NCBI GenBank assembly: GCA_905178155.1
Contig: CAJINV010000001.1
Span: 11,280,640 to 11,344,639 of the forward strand
From: Amoebophrya sp. A120
Taxonomy: Eukaryota > Protista > Dinoflagellata
Reading direction: 5' to 3'
Length of the DNA stretch: 64,000 bases
Made by a program: the position numbers and the translations under genes. This document shows positions 27,633 to 41,594 of the stretch, one piece after another (position 1 is the first letter of the stretch; each line of letters starts with the position of its first letter). Under the pieces are notes generated by a model. It saw only the letters and a list, made by a program, of their open reading frames with translations. It searched no databases and was not told where the DNA came from.

Positions 27633-29305
27633 ATGGCTCCAATCGACGACAGCGGGCCTTCCAACCTCTGGGAAGCGTCCGGAGAGGGGGATCAAAAGGC
27701 GGTGAGCGTCTTTCTGCAGTCCGGTAAGTACACACCGATCTCCATCGACCAGAATGGCTATTGCCCGATGATGGCCTGCATCTCGTGGGGGCAAATCAAA
27801 TTTTTCGACTGGTTGTGCTCTGTGTTGGAAAATACCACGATCGCGGGCTTGGAGAAAATGATCGAAACCGAGGAACTGATGCTTCGCCGACAATCGCTCG
27901 GGGAGCAGGATGATCCCTATGATAAAAGCCAGGACAGTACCTTGTTTCAAGAGCAGGAGGAAGGAGCGGAAGCGGAAGACACTGCAGGAGCTCCTGCTAA
28001 GACCAGTAGTATTAATCTCGCGAGCAGCAGGACGAAAAACGCCGAGGACGATTCTGATTCGTACATGCAGGACGTAGAAGTTTCCGAATTCGCACAACAA
28101 GATGAACTACACAATGACGACAGTATGATGGTCGACGAGAGTGCGGACGGGAACGCAGCGGCAGAGCACAGCAGTTCGTCGTCCTCCGCTTCGCTTTCCA
28201 ATGACGTCGCAGCAAGCGCTGGTGGAAGCACTTCCAGGAGCGCGAATTCAGCACACCCCTCTACTTCTGCATCAACGGCAGCTGCACCATCGGCAGGAAA
28301 GAACGCTAGCAACATTGAGAACGACGGTGTAGTTCTTGCGGAAGGGTCTTTTACGGAAAATGACGACCCGGAAAAGTACTTGGAATACCTGAAAAATATT
28401 GATGCCCACACAATCGAGGAATATCGGGGCTTCGTACTCACGCTTGCGCGGCTCCGACAGCTACTCATGAAGGAACAACAGCGGGTCAAAACGGAACAAA
28501 CAGACTCAAAGTCAAATTCTTGCGCAACTACGGAACGACCCCAAGGAAAGGCAGACGAGAACGCCAAGCAAGGAATTATGCTTGATTTCAGCAAGCACAA
28601 CCTCTCAAAATCCGGGCAGTTCTCCATCGTGGAAATCGCGTTGCAGGCTACCGACAACGAAGGCGACACCCCGTACCACCACTTCGCGACCAGTCTGTCA
28701 GACGTGCAGCCACCGAACGCCCGTCAGATGCTATCCAAGAAAAAAACTGTGTTAGTGTAACTTTCTTCGGCTGACAGCATCACAAATTTGCTCTGCATGA
28801 CAGAGAAAACCTGTCATGCGTGGCTTGTAAGGGAGAATACACACGAAAAAAGGACTTCATGGCTGTGTGGCATGACAGGTGTAACTCTGTTGCATGTTTT
28901 GCATTACAGAGTTACACTTACACAGTTTTTTTCTTGCATAGATGCTGGTGGAAAGGTTCAAGAAGTACAACTGCAGTCCGGAAACCAAGAATTTAGGTAC
29001 GATGCTATTTCTCCTACTTTAAACAATCAATATCAAATTAAAAACAAGAAAGTGCTGTGACTCTGATAGTACGTAACAAAGGCGAAATAAGCGAACGAAC
29101 CGTCTTGCATGCCCTTCAACAAAAAAAAATTCTCACAGAGTGCCAAACCGCCTTCGACATGGTGCTCGAGCATGACTTCGAAGAGGCGGAGTGGTTTTTC
29201 CAGGTCCACGGCAAGGAGGCGCCGGATGAGCTGCCCGAGGAAGGAGGCCTGGATGCCGGTGACGGCGGCGACTTCGGTTACGGGGACGGCTACGACGAGG
29301 AATAG
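27633..29305 (+). CDS. Ankyrin-repeat protein with long acidic/Ser-rich insertion
   Basis: Ankyrin motifs LWEASGEGDQKAV..DQNGYCPMMACISWG, ATDNEGDTPYH and KNLECQTAFDM. The model needs removal of TIR element 28732-28940 plus one TSD, and one GT-AG intron. Confidence 0.75.
28732..28940. mobile_element. TIR introner (209 bp), TSD GATGC
   Basis: Left end tatccaagaaaaaaactgtgttagtgtaact matches the right-end reverse complement tatgcaagaaaaaaactgtgtaagtgtaact. GATGC at 28727-28731 and 28941-28945. GCATGACA motifs inside. Confidence 0.85.
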
Positions 29306-30562
29306 TACTTTTTATTTCTACGCATGCTCTGCATTTCATTCAACAGAGGACGCAGCTGTTGTATTCCAAACGAGTTACAGGCTAGAATGAGTCTGTACGC
29401 CGCTGCGCCGGCATCAAACATCGTTAAGAGATCCTCATCCTCGAACAAGCATAGAAATGAATCGAATTTCTCATCCTTGATTTGCTTTCGTCGATGAGAA
29501 CTCAATTACATTTTCCTTCAATCGAACCGAAAAGAACAAGAAGAACCCAACGAAATCCAAATCGAAATGAACAGCGATAGTGAAGGGGAGTTTGGAGACG
29601 GCAATGTGCAACTGGAATAGGAGAACATGAACAAGACATGGAATAAATGCTGTTGTACTTGTATCAGTGACGTTTTTCGTCTTCGCAGAAGAAAAAACTT
29701 CGCGTGAGGACTACACCAGTGCCACCTGCAAGTAAGTACAACTACACGCCCCCGAAAGGATGAAAGCGACACACGGTGATGGAATGCTGTAAGCAGATCT
29801 TGGAGTTGGAGATCTGAGTGTGAGTTTGAGTGCTCACGCGCAGCATTATACCAGCGGCCTGTCTTGTCTACACGACAGAGGAACGCATGCCATAGTAGAA
29901 AAGCTCTGCAGCCATTGTACATGTAAATCCGTCACGAAGTACCACAGTGCGACATCATTGTGCTCGCGCACGCCATCAAGGTCAAAGGGCAAAAAGCACC
30001 TCGCGACTCAGATGAATGCAAATAATACTAGACGCATCAATTGATTAAGCGCACCACGAATAAACGAAGCTGCATGTTGATGATGTAGTACGCCGCCATC
30101 TTCACCTTCTACAAAGACTAGAAGTAGCACGGTAAGCATTCGTGGCGTACTTGTATCAGCGACAGAAAACGATTGTTCCCGTGAAGTCGCTCTTTCTTTC
30201 TGTTTTTGTTATCTGCAGCTCTTAATGGCCTCAGTCTGCGTTTGAGTTTGTTCTTCACGTAAGGACTTCTTCCGTGGTTGTTGTTCTCTTTCTCTTCCTG
30301 GTTCTCTATTGAAATGTCCTGTCGAGAGAACCGCATGCTATGGTGCAGCACCAGCTCCAGCTGCAAAACTTCAACCTGAACGTGGAGACACGCCGAAGCA
30401 ATGTGAGAGAGGGTGCGACTACTCAATGATAAAAAACGTGTGTGATAAGAACTTCTTGATGTGACACCACTACCCCCACGTCAACATCCACTACAGTTGT
30501 TATTTCGCTGTGCGTTAAAGTGGAAATAACGTGCAACATCCTCGCCCTCTTCCTCGTTGATC

Positions 30563-31353
30563 ATGCTGTGCAGTGCTGCACGCGTGGTCTGCCGCAAGCA
30601 GAACCCAAATCGAGCGGCGAGGGAGCTCAGGAGTCAGCATCAGCAGCACAGGCATATGGCCAATGCCAGCGGGGTGAAGCTTCTGGACGAAAGAGGTTCA
30701 TTCTACACGGATAGTCGTTGTGGTTGTGTTTCATCATGAATCGACACAGAAAAACGAATTTGCATCGTGTTGAAATTATCGCGGATACTGTTAATGATGA
30801 GTGTCAGACTGATGTTGTGACCGGCTCGCCTTCGAGAAGAATTCAACAGCTGGCGCAGCAAAATAGTTGTCAGGCTCGGGACCGACGTCGTTTCAAAAAA
30901 TACAGACGCACCCTAACTCTAACAGGTAAGGCCTCTGAAAACATCTACTTTTCGCAAGAGGATCAGCGGTTGATGAAGAAACTCCTGGAACAGAATCCCG
31001 ACATCGAGAGCAAATACGGTGCAGGAGGGGCAGGGGAAAGCACGGAAGAGAAGGTATTGCAAAGGTGGTCGTTCTTTAGTTGTGGTATTGGAGTTGGTGG
31101 TCGTTCTTAGAAACGACATAGTTGGAGTTTCTGTCTAGGTTCTAACTTTTCTTCGAGTATGATGCCGGGCCTCCAGGAGGAACGGGAAGACGAAGAAACA
31201 TCCACACATTTTGAAGCACACACTTCACCGCGAAGGAGATCATGCTATCATTGCCATTGATAGGTAAAATTGGTTTTCCTGAGTCACGGAATTCCGCCAC
31301 TGAACAAGAATTTGATTAACGACTTGGTCGGCGTACTGGAGGAGAAGCGGTAA
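30563..31353 (+). CDS. Mitochondrial ATPase inhibitor IF1-like protein; exons 30563-30695, 30926-31053, 31264-31353
   Basis: Arg-rich presequence-like N-terminus followed by LLDERGKASENIYFSQEDQRLMKKL, which resembles the IF1 ER-A-E--YF--ED--L-KL core. Two GT-AG introns. Confidence 0.7.
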
Positions 31354-32500
31354 TGTCAGGTGGACAGCAGTGGCACACTCCACCGTGCAGCTTTTTCAAT
31401 TTCTTCAACTTCATCTACAATTCCTGACAAGGACCAACCACGAGCTCTCCCTTTCTGTTTCCGGTACTGAGGAGCAGCACGTGCACATCTTGATCTTACC
31501 GCCAAACACGTGCGTGTGCCTGCTGTCAGGCGAAAAGACTAGAGGAGCCACCGACGAAGCACGTCAAGAAATTCGTGCGCTACTCGTATCGACGGCAGAC
31601 ATAGGAGTGTTCTAGTGTGTCACTGTCACTGTGTATAAAAGATCCAAACTTCTTGCCGTGGAGAGGGAGCATGCTGCTCGTCTAACACCGAGTAGAAATG
31701 CTCTTTCCACTCCTTCGTCATCAACGTAAAACACGAAGAAAAGCTAGGGTGCTGACGCTTGGCGTGCCACTGGTCGGTGGAAAGCAATGTCGTGAGAGGG
31801 AATACGATCTCCGAGCAGAGACCCAGCTCCACCCCTTGCTCTTCTATACTGCCGATTGATGATTTTGCGGAGTTCACCTTCAGCTGACCAGTGACTCTGC
31901 TCCTTCGTGTTTGTTCCCAGCAGGTCGGGGCTCCAGCATTCGAGATTCCGAGCTGCGCCTACGATGTTTTGCAAGTTCGACGTTGGTTGCCCATCTTTAT
32001 CAGCCGAAGTTCCGTATTAAAAGAAACTCGCCTCGCCGACGACGTTGAAACATCTTGCACGTCTTGCTTCCTCGCCATGAACGCGAGTACTTCATCAAAT
32101 CATTCTAACATGCTATGGGACTCTGGTTAGAGGTAGTAGCTGTAGGTGTTCGCTTCCGGCAATTGTAAGAGACATGAGTGCGCATCAAGTACAAGAGCGC
32201 ATGACCACCACGAGCACGACGAGCGGTAGAAGCTGAGGACAGGCCGCCAGGTGAAGATGGCTTGTTCGTAGTCTCCGCTGCTGGGCTCCTCTGATAGTTG
32301 AGACGCGACGAGCGCTGCCGGCACATGAAGTAAGATGACGATCCGCATTGATGATCCATCATTTACGTTGTATCGGTATCGTCACAAAAGTAACAAGGAA
32401 GATAGTTCTAGTGGTGCTGGTGCACCTGGACTCGCACCAGGCGCTAGCACGATACTTGCTCTTGCAATTGGCAAAAGTATAAGTAGTTGAGTTAAAATCT

Positions 32501-34698
32501 ATGGCGACCTGTCCCGCTGGCGGAGCTCAGGGTAGTGTCCCACTACTCACCCCGGCTGCCAGCCCCGAGCACCATGGTACCCCTTCGTGGCAGCACCGAG
32601 ATTACCGTGTGCAACTCTCCGACTGCAGTGATGACGTGTTGTTCTGGTGTGAACCTGCGGTGGCGTCGCCAGGATGGGAGGGAACCGGTAGTGCTGGCGG
32701 CTCTTCCTCGACGCTGTCAGCCTCTTCTATCGGCAACAAAGCGTCCGACTGCGTCGCGTGCCGGTCCTACTCGGACATTGGTGCCTTCAAGACCACGGGC
32801 GTGATTGTGCTCTTCGGGATGGTGTTCACGGTTTTTGTCCTGTTCCTGTACGAGCTGCGGGAGCGGGATTTTGACGTGGTGTCGAAGAAGATGCTGGTCT
32901 ACCCCTTCGCTGCCATGCTCGGAGCGACGCTGCTGGCGTGGAACCACTTCGCGGAGGGCCGCGGCGTGTTGGATATCGATGTCCGGCTGGTCGATTTTTT
33001 CGGCAGCCTACTGTTCGCGTTGCTGCTGTTCTATAACGCGTACTTCGTGCGCACCCGGGGGCTGTACCTGCGGTTCCTCACCATCTTCAACCAGGGCAAG
33101 ACGCCGGACGAGGCGGACCGCGACATGGTGCTCAAAAGCCGTAGCCGTGCACAAACGCGTTTCGACGTTGTATCTTCAAACTGTGACGACAACGACCTCG
33201 TCGACACAGCAAGCGGAAGCGAGGCCGTGCTGGCTGAGGAGGATGTGGATGAAATTGATGTCGATGTTGACGACAACAGTGTCGGGCACAATCTGTCCCG
33301 GAAGGAGTCCGAGGTCGTGAATGATCATTACACGTCGACTTATTCCAAACAAACTAGTCTTCAATCGACCGTGAATAAACACCTCTCCGTCTCCTCTGTT
33401 TGGGGAACTTTTACACGCCCGACAGTAACAAGGGCTAGTGTGTGGGCAAAAACAAAGTCGGTCCTGCCCACGCCAGGCAAAATCAAAGCGCAGACAAACT
33501 CCGCCTGGAAGAAGATGAAGAGCATAGCGGCGGACGCAAAAATCGACGCAGCGGCGCGACGAGCAGGCCGGCGCCGAACAACCAACATGAACATGGACGC
33601 AGAGCCGGACGACCGCGGTTTGGACGTAAAAAGACTAGAAAGCGTGGAAAGCACCCCTAGTGATGAAGAGGCAATCGCCTCGTCGTACAGCAAGACGGAC
33701 TTGGAGCTCTTCATCGACTTCGCTTTTTCAATTTTCTTCTACGTAGCCTCTGTCAGCATCGTCTGCCTGTCGTTCAAACCAGACGCGCTCCCAGTTTTCT
33801 ACGCCCCCTGCTGTGGCCAGGCAACTCCGCGCCCGCCAATGAACCGCTGCTCGTCTCGGCAGGCGGCCCTGGACAAGCTAGGCACACAAGGAGCGGCACC
33901 CGGATCGACTCGCGCGCAACAAGGATCCTGGCCATCTGGCTGCACCGCAAACACGGGCTGCCAGACAGCGCCGTCGCCGCTCTGTCCGGGCGGTAAAGAT
34001 CACCCTGCTGCGCCCTATTGTTTCTGTGATTACGAAATGAAGGTCGACTGCGCGACGGGTGGCTGGACGCCAACGCCGCCACCAGGAGGAATTACCAAGG
34101 TGCTGAGGTATGAACTTATTTAAGTCCTCGTGTGTTTGTACCCTCTCTCGACGAGAGCGCAAGAACGTAGTACTATTACGTGAACGTCGTCGTTGATATT
34201 TTTAAGCACTATCATTTTATTTATGGTGCTTCGAAAACACGATGATCTTGGTTGAGCGTAATAAACCACTGCTTCAAATGTCCTAGTAGAGCATATTATC
34301 GGTGTAAAAGTAAAGAGAGTAATCTGGAACTTAGACTATGACTAACAAGTTCACCGTCGTGTGAAAAAATTCAACCTATCAACAGTCACGGCGCCCCTCG
34401 CAGCTGCGTTTTGTGTGCGAACGGTTGGCAGCCAAATCCATTTCAGACCGCTTGCGTCCCGGCAACGTGCCCTTCGGGACAGCAGAGTTTCTGTGGCGTG
34501 TGTCACGACCCGTTCACACCGCCGCTCGGTGTGGATATTGGTAGCGACCAGGGGTACTATGTGGCTATCATTGTTCTCGCCTGTCTGTGGGGTGCGCTCT
34601 GCTGTTGGGTCGCGTTTGGATGGAGAAACTTCGTGCCGCCAATACCCGACATCGAAATACACCAACAAGAAGAAGTGACCGACTTCAACAGTATCTAA
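32501..34698 (+). CDS. Multi-pass membrane protein with Cys-rich extracellular segments, unknown function
   Basis: 540-aa ORF with several TM helices. A GT-AG intron (~34108-34385) leads to a Cys-rich exon and a final TM. Stop at 34698. Confidence 0.65.
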
Positions 34699-37290
34699 GT
34701 ACACACAAATAGCAAGAAGCAGTATGCGAGTAGATACATTCGAATATATCTATGGATACTGTCGTGCAGCTAGTAGTAGTGCTCTTCACTTTCTTCAATA
34801 CGAATACTTTTTTCGTTGTGGCCACACAAATTGATTTCAACACGTTACAAGAGTGCGCACTTTCGAGGAAATCAGGGGTGTTGTTCTATTTGTTCATGCA
34901 GACAATAACAAACAACTAGGAACCTTGACCACAAGAAGCGGCAAAGAGGGCATCCTTGGAGAGGAAGACGAAGCGGATCTACAACTACAAGTCCCGCGAG
35001 TAATCATCACGGATGTTGATGCCTTGTCCTTTGACGATGACGACATCCAGCCAAGAACTTTCCAGCGTATTCCCAACACGGAACGACCCTTTCAAGAACT
35101 AGCAACGAGAAAGATGAAGTCCGTCAACTTCACTGCAAGTACGTAGGCGTAGCGCAGCACTTACAGACGCAATAGCGCCGGAGGAAGCCCCCTGCCAGTT
35201 CCAGTTATACTCAGCCGCGGAAGGGAACAATGCGGATGAAGCGACGAAAAGGAACAGGACCGGTGTACTCCTGGACAGAAGATGAAAACCATGATCTCCA
35301 TCTTCAACTACAACTCACGGAACGAGTCTTGAAAGAGCAAACGGTTGCCAACGGCTTAGGTCGAGCTAACGGAGGGCAGCCGCAGTTGTTAGGACAACAT
35401 GAACACTAACTTAAGTGAAAGCGATAAGAATAAAGAAGCTTCGTCTTCATCTGCTGCAAGAATAGCTGCAAAAGATATGAGCAGTACCGACGAAGAAACT
35501 ATTACTACCAGCCCTTATCAGTATCTGCAAAAGGTGCAGGGCACGTATCAGGGTAACGCCCAGGAGCGCAAATCGTATCGAGCATTTTCATGAGAGAATT
35601 TTTCTCATGGACTTGCTATAGAATTTTGAAATGGTACAAGAAGTGCGCGATTTCGCGTTTGAACAAGTGAAGACGAAGAGCATACCTGTCTACCACAGCA
35701 TTCCTCACACGAGTGCGGTTATTTTTCATCTCAAAGCAAAAGAACTCACCGACCTGCAGGGCAACTATCATGATCTGCTGGTAGGGGTGCCACAATGATT
35801 TACGTTTTTCCCTCCGTCGGAAATCGGATTCCCGCCTCTTGTCTTATGTGGAAGTGTTTTCGTTACGGCTCGCCTTGCGAGAAAACAAAGCGAGATCTTC
35901 GATGACCTCCTCATCTCTTCACACATTTGCAGATGCAGCTTCATCAGAGCGGAATAAGTACAGTACGCAAAACGGATCGCAATTTGGAAAAACGGTAGAA
36001 AAACTGAATTTGCAAATCCGGAAAAGGTGTTGAAGTTGATGATCTCGTTTGGACATATGAGTTTTTCCGTTCCTCAGATCCTCTCTGATCGTCGAAATCG
36101 TGATCGTGCTTGCTATCATGTAGCAGTAACATCGGAAGAATATAATGAGCTGCAAATATTCCTAGAAAGTCTGGAGATGGAAACGAAAGAGAATGAACAG
36201 AAAATTCGCAATGAGTACTACATCATTTTTTTCGTTCCGGTCCGATAATCTGCTCTCAAGTATATCGATCCACTTCCATCTTGAAATTTATTATTGGTCT
36301 TTATCACAAAAAACAGCGACATTCATTCCATGAGTAGGGTGTGAGGCATTGTATGATTTTGCTCAATAGAAAAAGCATGGCTCTAGTCGCGTAAGCCCTC
36401 CTGCAAATTAATGGCATAGAAAGGAGAAGTGACCGTACGAGTATGACCCGGTGACCAAACTTCCGGGTGTTGCGATCATTTAAGTACCAGATAGCCGGCC
36501 TGTGGCAAGCTTCTATCCTCACCAAAAGCTCATGAGCATGAAGGATTGCCAGCGAAATCGACAGGATCAGCCTGCGTCGCGTCGCAATCGGCTTTGAAGA
36601 TTTCGGCAGAGACTCTCGTGCACGTTTATTGGTGCGTGGACCTCAGGTTCCGCCGTCGTGCCGGCAACAGGTGGTGTAAGTCCTAATCGTAATCAAGATC
36701 CTGGCGCCACTGACGCTCGACCCTCTCGTCGGGGAGGAAACGAAAGAACGACAGTGGAGGACCCGTTACTTCGCCTGCTCGGATGGCCTTTCTGTTCAAC
36801 AAGATTTATCGTGCTCCTGCTGCTCAAAGACACTGAATCCCCCTCCGTTTCCCCAGAGTATTGCCCGCCCGCGACCTTGCCAAAAATAAGACCACGACGG
36901 ACAACGACTGAAGAGCGAACGTCTCTTCACAAGACGCACGATCTACTTAGCGACATCTGCCAGCGCCGCCAGCAGTAGACCTAAACAAGTCATAAGACGC
37001 GAACCCGAGGAATACGACTAGAAAACAACCAGCAGAAGCGTTATCTACAAGAAACCGCACTCAGGCTCAGCGACCTCACTGCAAGCGCTTCTGTTAGGGC
37101 AGATTGATTGCGACCACCTCAACAGAGCAGCTGGTGTGACGTCTACCTCCAACCGTTTGCGTTGAAGCTAGTAGTTCGACCTGCTCCCAAGCGCACCAGC
37201 TACGTTCCTATCAACATCCGGAGCGACGAGCTACAACGACCTACAACGCCCAAACCCATAGATACTCGCTTTGAGTCGGTTACGACCAAC

Positions 37291-40184
37291 ATGATGCGCG
37301 GATCACCTGGCGCAGGCGGAGCGGCACCCGCCGCGTATTCCGCTTCGTCGAGCAGTGCCGCGGCGACAAATACCATGCGGTACCGCGGCCAGGCCGACGT
37401 TTCTCCGGCGTTAAAGAATCTGCAGCAGCGGTACGACCAGGAGGAGAAGAGAATGGAGATGATCTGCAGGTTCGTTTTTTGCTGAATCTTGCCCTAGAAA
37501 TAAAGTGTAAAAATCGACCAGAACCAACTACAATGCAACTTTCATCTTCTATTGCTTTTGCTACTAGCAACTCTTCTTCAAAAACAGGAGCACGACGTTG
37601 ATGCTCCTGCTCGACAATTAGCTCTGATGAAAAAAATGTCCACCACTACACTTTCATCAGGCTCGTTGTTGTTACCGGATTGGTGGGCCTCGTTCTGTAC
37701 CTGTTCAGTCCCCAGACAAACCTCCACCGCGACGACGACCTTTTCGACACAAGCAACCCCACCCCGCAGATGTACGCCCACTTGCAGGACAGTGTGCGAT
37801 TCCAGCCCCAGACCGGCTGGCTCCCCGTGTCGCCAGTGGTGTTCTTTACCTGTCTGGCCGTCCTGATCGCGGGCTACAACTTTGTGAAGGTAGAAGTAGT
37901 ACACCGCCTTTTTTTATTTTTGTCCTACAGTAGGATAAGGATAGGCATCACCTCCACCCTTTATTTACTTTCTCACTAGCACTGGAAGGAGGATTTTTCG
38001 CCAGGGCGTTCTAGTATCTACTTAGTAATTTTCTCCTCGCCGTTCAGTAGCTGGAAAAGTAATATGTCATGATGATACAATCACAAAATTTTACCAGGCT
38101 CCGCCAGCAGAGCAATCAGGGCGACTGCCCGGTCAGGGTGTTCCTTCGTTTCAAAACGCCGGCGCATTGGTTCCCGTACAGCAGAACAACGCACCCGTCG
38201 TGGACCTGCGGCCAGGCGAGGCAAACGGCCGCTCACTATGGGGCAGCTCAAATGTTGGGAAGCCGAACGCTCTGACAGCACATCACCAGCACATGCAAGG
38301 TAAATAGTTAGTTTCAGTGCAACATCTCGAAACTGAAACTTGATATCATGGTAAGTTCGTGATAGCAAAAAGAACAAAAACTCGATCTCGAGAATGTCGC
38401 AGCTGCTAGAATGCACAACTACAATGCAATCTCCGCTGTCACACACATTAGCGCAGCTTCGAGCGATAATACTTTTAGTTTTATGTAAAGACCAATAGAA
38501 TCCAAATGGCTTTTCTTTACACTCCTGCAGGCACAGCTGGTGGTAGCGGGTCATCGAGCAGCAGCGCGCCGCCGCCGGTTCCAAATGGTTTCGCGGGCGG
38601 TCTGAGTCTCGGCAGCTTCTTCGGCGCAGCGAAATTTGACGACCAAGGTGTGCGCACTGAGTTTCCCGCGGTCCCGTGGCTCGTCGGACAGCTTGAGAAC
38701 ATGGTCCAGCAGAGCATAATACCGCCACTACTTCGTATCATCTGCATTTATTCATCTTAACTACTTTTTGTATTGCTATGTTTATGCCTGGTATTTGATG
38801 ATGTGATGACGATGATGTTGTGCGCATATTTTTCTCAGGATGATGTGAAGATATCTGCTGTTGAATTTGTTGATCACCAAAAACTACAGAGCAACTCCGC
38901 GAGAGTGACGAGCTTTGGCAGCAAGGTTTGCGTCGCGTCGGCAAGACGCTGAGCTTCGAAGAGCCGAGCTCGCGCACCGGGGACCGGCAGAACGGCAACA
39001 TTCTCTCCGTGTTCGATCGCAACCTTCCCGCTGAGTTCGCGTCAGACCAGAACGCGGTGCAGCTTTGGAAAAAGCGCCAAGAGATGGAGGTGTACCTCTG
39101 CCACCCGTCTTTCCCCCTTGTAGCCCGAAACTACGTTCACTCCCGCCTCATGCAGTGGGCCAGCGACAATCTGACCTCCGCCTCCGGCCTGCGCTCGTTG
39201 CAGAGCAACGGCTTCAAGCGCAACTACCACGCGGAGCAGGCGGACCCGGCAACCGGCATCACGGACTCACACATTCTCGAAAATTTACTCGTGAAAACGC
39301 TGGAATCCCACCTGGGGCACCAATTTGCAGCGAAGTACATGGCTTCCACCTCGGCAAACGGCAGCGACGCGCACACCACCGCGGCCAGCCGCAAAAATTT
39401 GTCTTTCCTGCCATCCGCGACCAGTGCTGCCAGCTCCCTGGCCGCAACGGCGTACAACCACCTCGCGGGCAACGCCGCGGCGTCCAACGGCGTGCTGTTG
39501 CGGTCCTTCCGGCTTCCCAACGGAGGCATCAGCTACGAAGTACTCGGCTCCCGGGTGTTCCGCCTGCAGAACCTGCTGGACGCCTTCGCTTTGTTCTTCT
39601 GGCTGAAGCGAACCGACGTCGACTGGCAGCAGTTTCCGCTGGGGATCTTGACGGTGGTCCGCGACGCGGAGTCTATGTTCGCTGCCACCGGGACAAATGG
39701 CCCCGGCGCACCCGCGATGAGCAATCGCGCCCTTGACCAGGAAGAGCGGGAGAGACAGCGAAGGCAAGAGCTCATGCAAGGAACGACGGCGAACGTTGGC
39801 ACCTTACAGCAGCAGCAACAGCTTCCGGGCAACAACATGCAGCAGCAGTTTCAGCAGCAGCCACTAGCAGGAACAATAAACACGATGGGCATGATGGGTA
39901 GCACAACGATGATGGGCAACCCTTCATCTGGAGGGGCGTTCATGCAGCCATCGGCTCAATTTCAACAATACTCCGCGTTGAGTAACCAACCAGGAATGAC
40001 TGCGATGGGAGGAGGCCAGCCGATGTTTGCGGGCAACAATAGCTCAAATTTGTTCGCGGCCGGAGGAACCAACGCTGGCCTCAGTGGCATGAGCGGATTT
40101 GGGAACACGACGTTTGGTGGCGGAGGTTCAATTTTCGCAGACAACTCGTTCTTTGGACAAGGAGCCTATTCCAGAGGAAGATGA
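37291..40184 (+). CDS. TMEM209/NET31-like nuclear envelope membrane protein with FG-rich tail
   Basis: Two N-terminal TMs, then WLVGQLENMVQQSIIPPLL, YVHSRLMQWAS, ITDSHILENLL and NLLDAFALFFWL, in the order of the TMEM209 conserved blocks as I recall them. GT-AG introns. C-terminal Q/G/FG-rich tail. Confidence 0.65.
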
Positions 40185-41594
40185 GCTCGAGATGAAACAT
40201 AAGCCAAGAGCTCCAATGAAACACATGAACATCCTAGGCGCGCATCTATGCACGACAAGAAAAAAAAAAGAAAACATTCGAGGGTGCTTCGAAGAAGCAC
40301 GCTGAAGCCGAAGCGTTCGGTGACAGGCGCTAGTTGCAATTCTCTGCACCAATCTACTGACCACATGATGACGTGTTCTACGCACGACGCATATAATAAC
40401 AATGAAAGAAAATTATAGATCTTATTCTTGGCTTCGAAATTCTTCAATGACTGATATGAATCGGCAAGCATTATTTGCAAAATCGTTTTTTTTTCTTTTT
40501 GAAAATTTTCATAAAAAAATGGCTTTGGTCCTCCATGTGACACATTTGACAGTTGTTCTCTCGTCTCTTTTTTTTGTTGTGAGTGTCTCAATCGTTTTCG
40601 TTGATGTTATTCTATTCGAGAAAACAAGACCCACATTGTATCTTTTCATCGAGAATTGAAAATCAAATGGATTTGATGTTCGAAACATCTATGGCATGTT
40701 GATAAATCTCTTATTCTTCTCAAATATTCAAAATTTCAGATTCCACGATCTGGATTGATGAAGGTGGAAGAATTTTTATAGGAATTATCCGAGGTTGAAT
40801 TTGGAAGAATTATCATAGACTGAATTTTTATAGCAATAATCTAGTGGAATTGATGGAAGATCGGAGATGAAGAAATACAGAATATGATGGATATCTTTTG
40901 GGTCTTGAATATTTGATGGTGTGTCCGGGTATGGAAAGAAAGAAAGATGGAAGATAATCTGGTTTGAATATTTCTTTCATCAAAAATTATTGAGACAATG
41001 AGATTGGATTCGAGATTTTATGGAAATCAAATTTTGACATTCGAGATGAAATTGAAAAAAAAACCATCATAAAAAAATAAATGAAATCCATGTTGATTCT
41101 TCAGAATATTATACAAAAAAAAAATTTCGAAATACATAGGATAATCCTCGGATTCTGATTTTCGAAAAATTTTTAGAAAAAATCAAAAAATTTTCAATGA
41201 TTCTCGGGAAATCTTTTGCATAAGAAAAACCCACAATCCCATCATCATGAAATAAATTTTCGAAATGAAATCGAGAAAATATTCATATTCCAGGATCAAT
41301 CCAGATCTTCTAATTTGAAGAAATTTCGAAAAATCTGAATTCCATCACCTTTTTTTTTTTTTTTCCATCAATCTGATTTTTTTTTTTCCTTTAATTTCTG
41401 ACCCATCCAATTCTTCATCCGATCGAATGATGAGATATCGGAGATTTTTGAAATGGAAATGGATCGAATGATATTATATCGAATGACCGATCATTCGATA
41501 TCTATGATTGATATGAATCGATTGATATACCCAACATGATAGATAATTCGAAGAATTAAAAATATCTATCCATAATCTTGGATCCTAAACAGAT

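Noticed and set aside
34850-36250. Coding-like + strand fragments
   Set aside because: May be a divergent gene, but I could not assemble a supported model.
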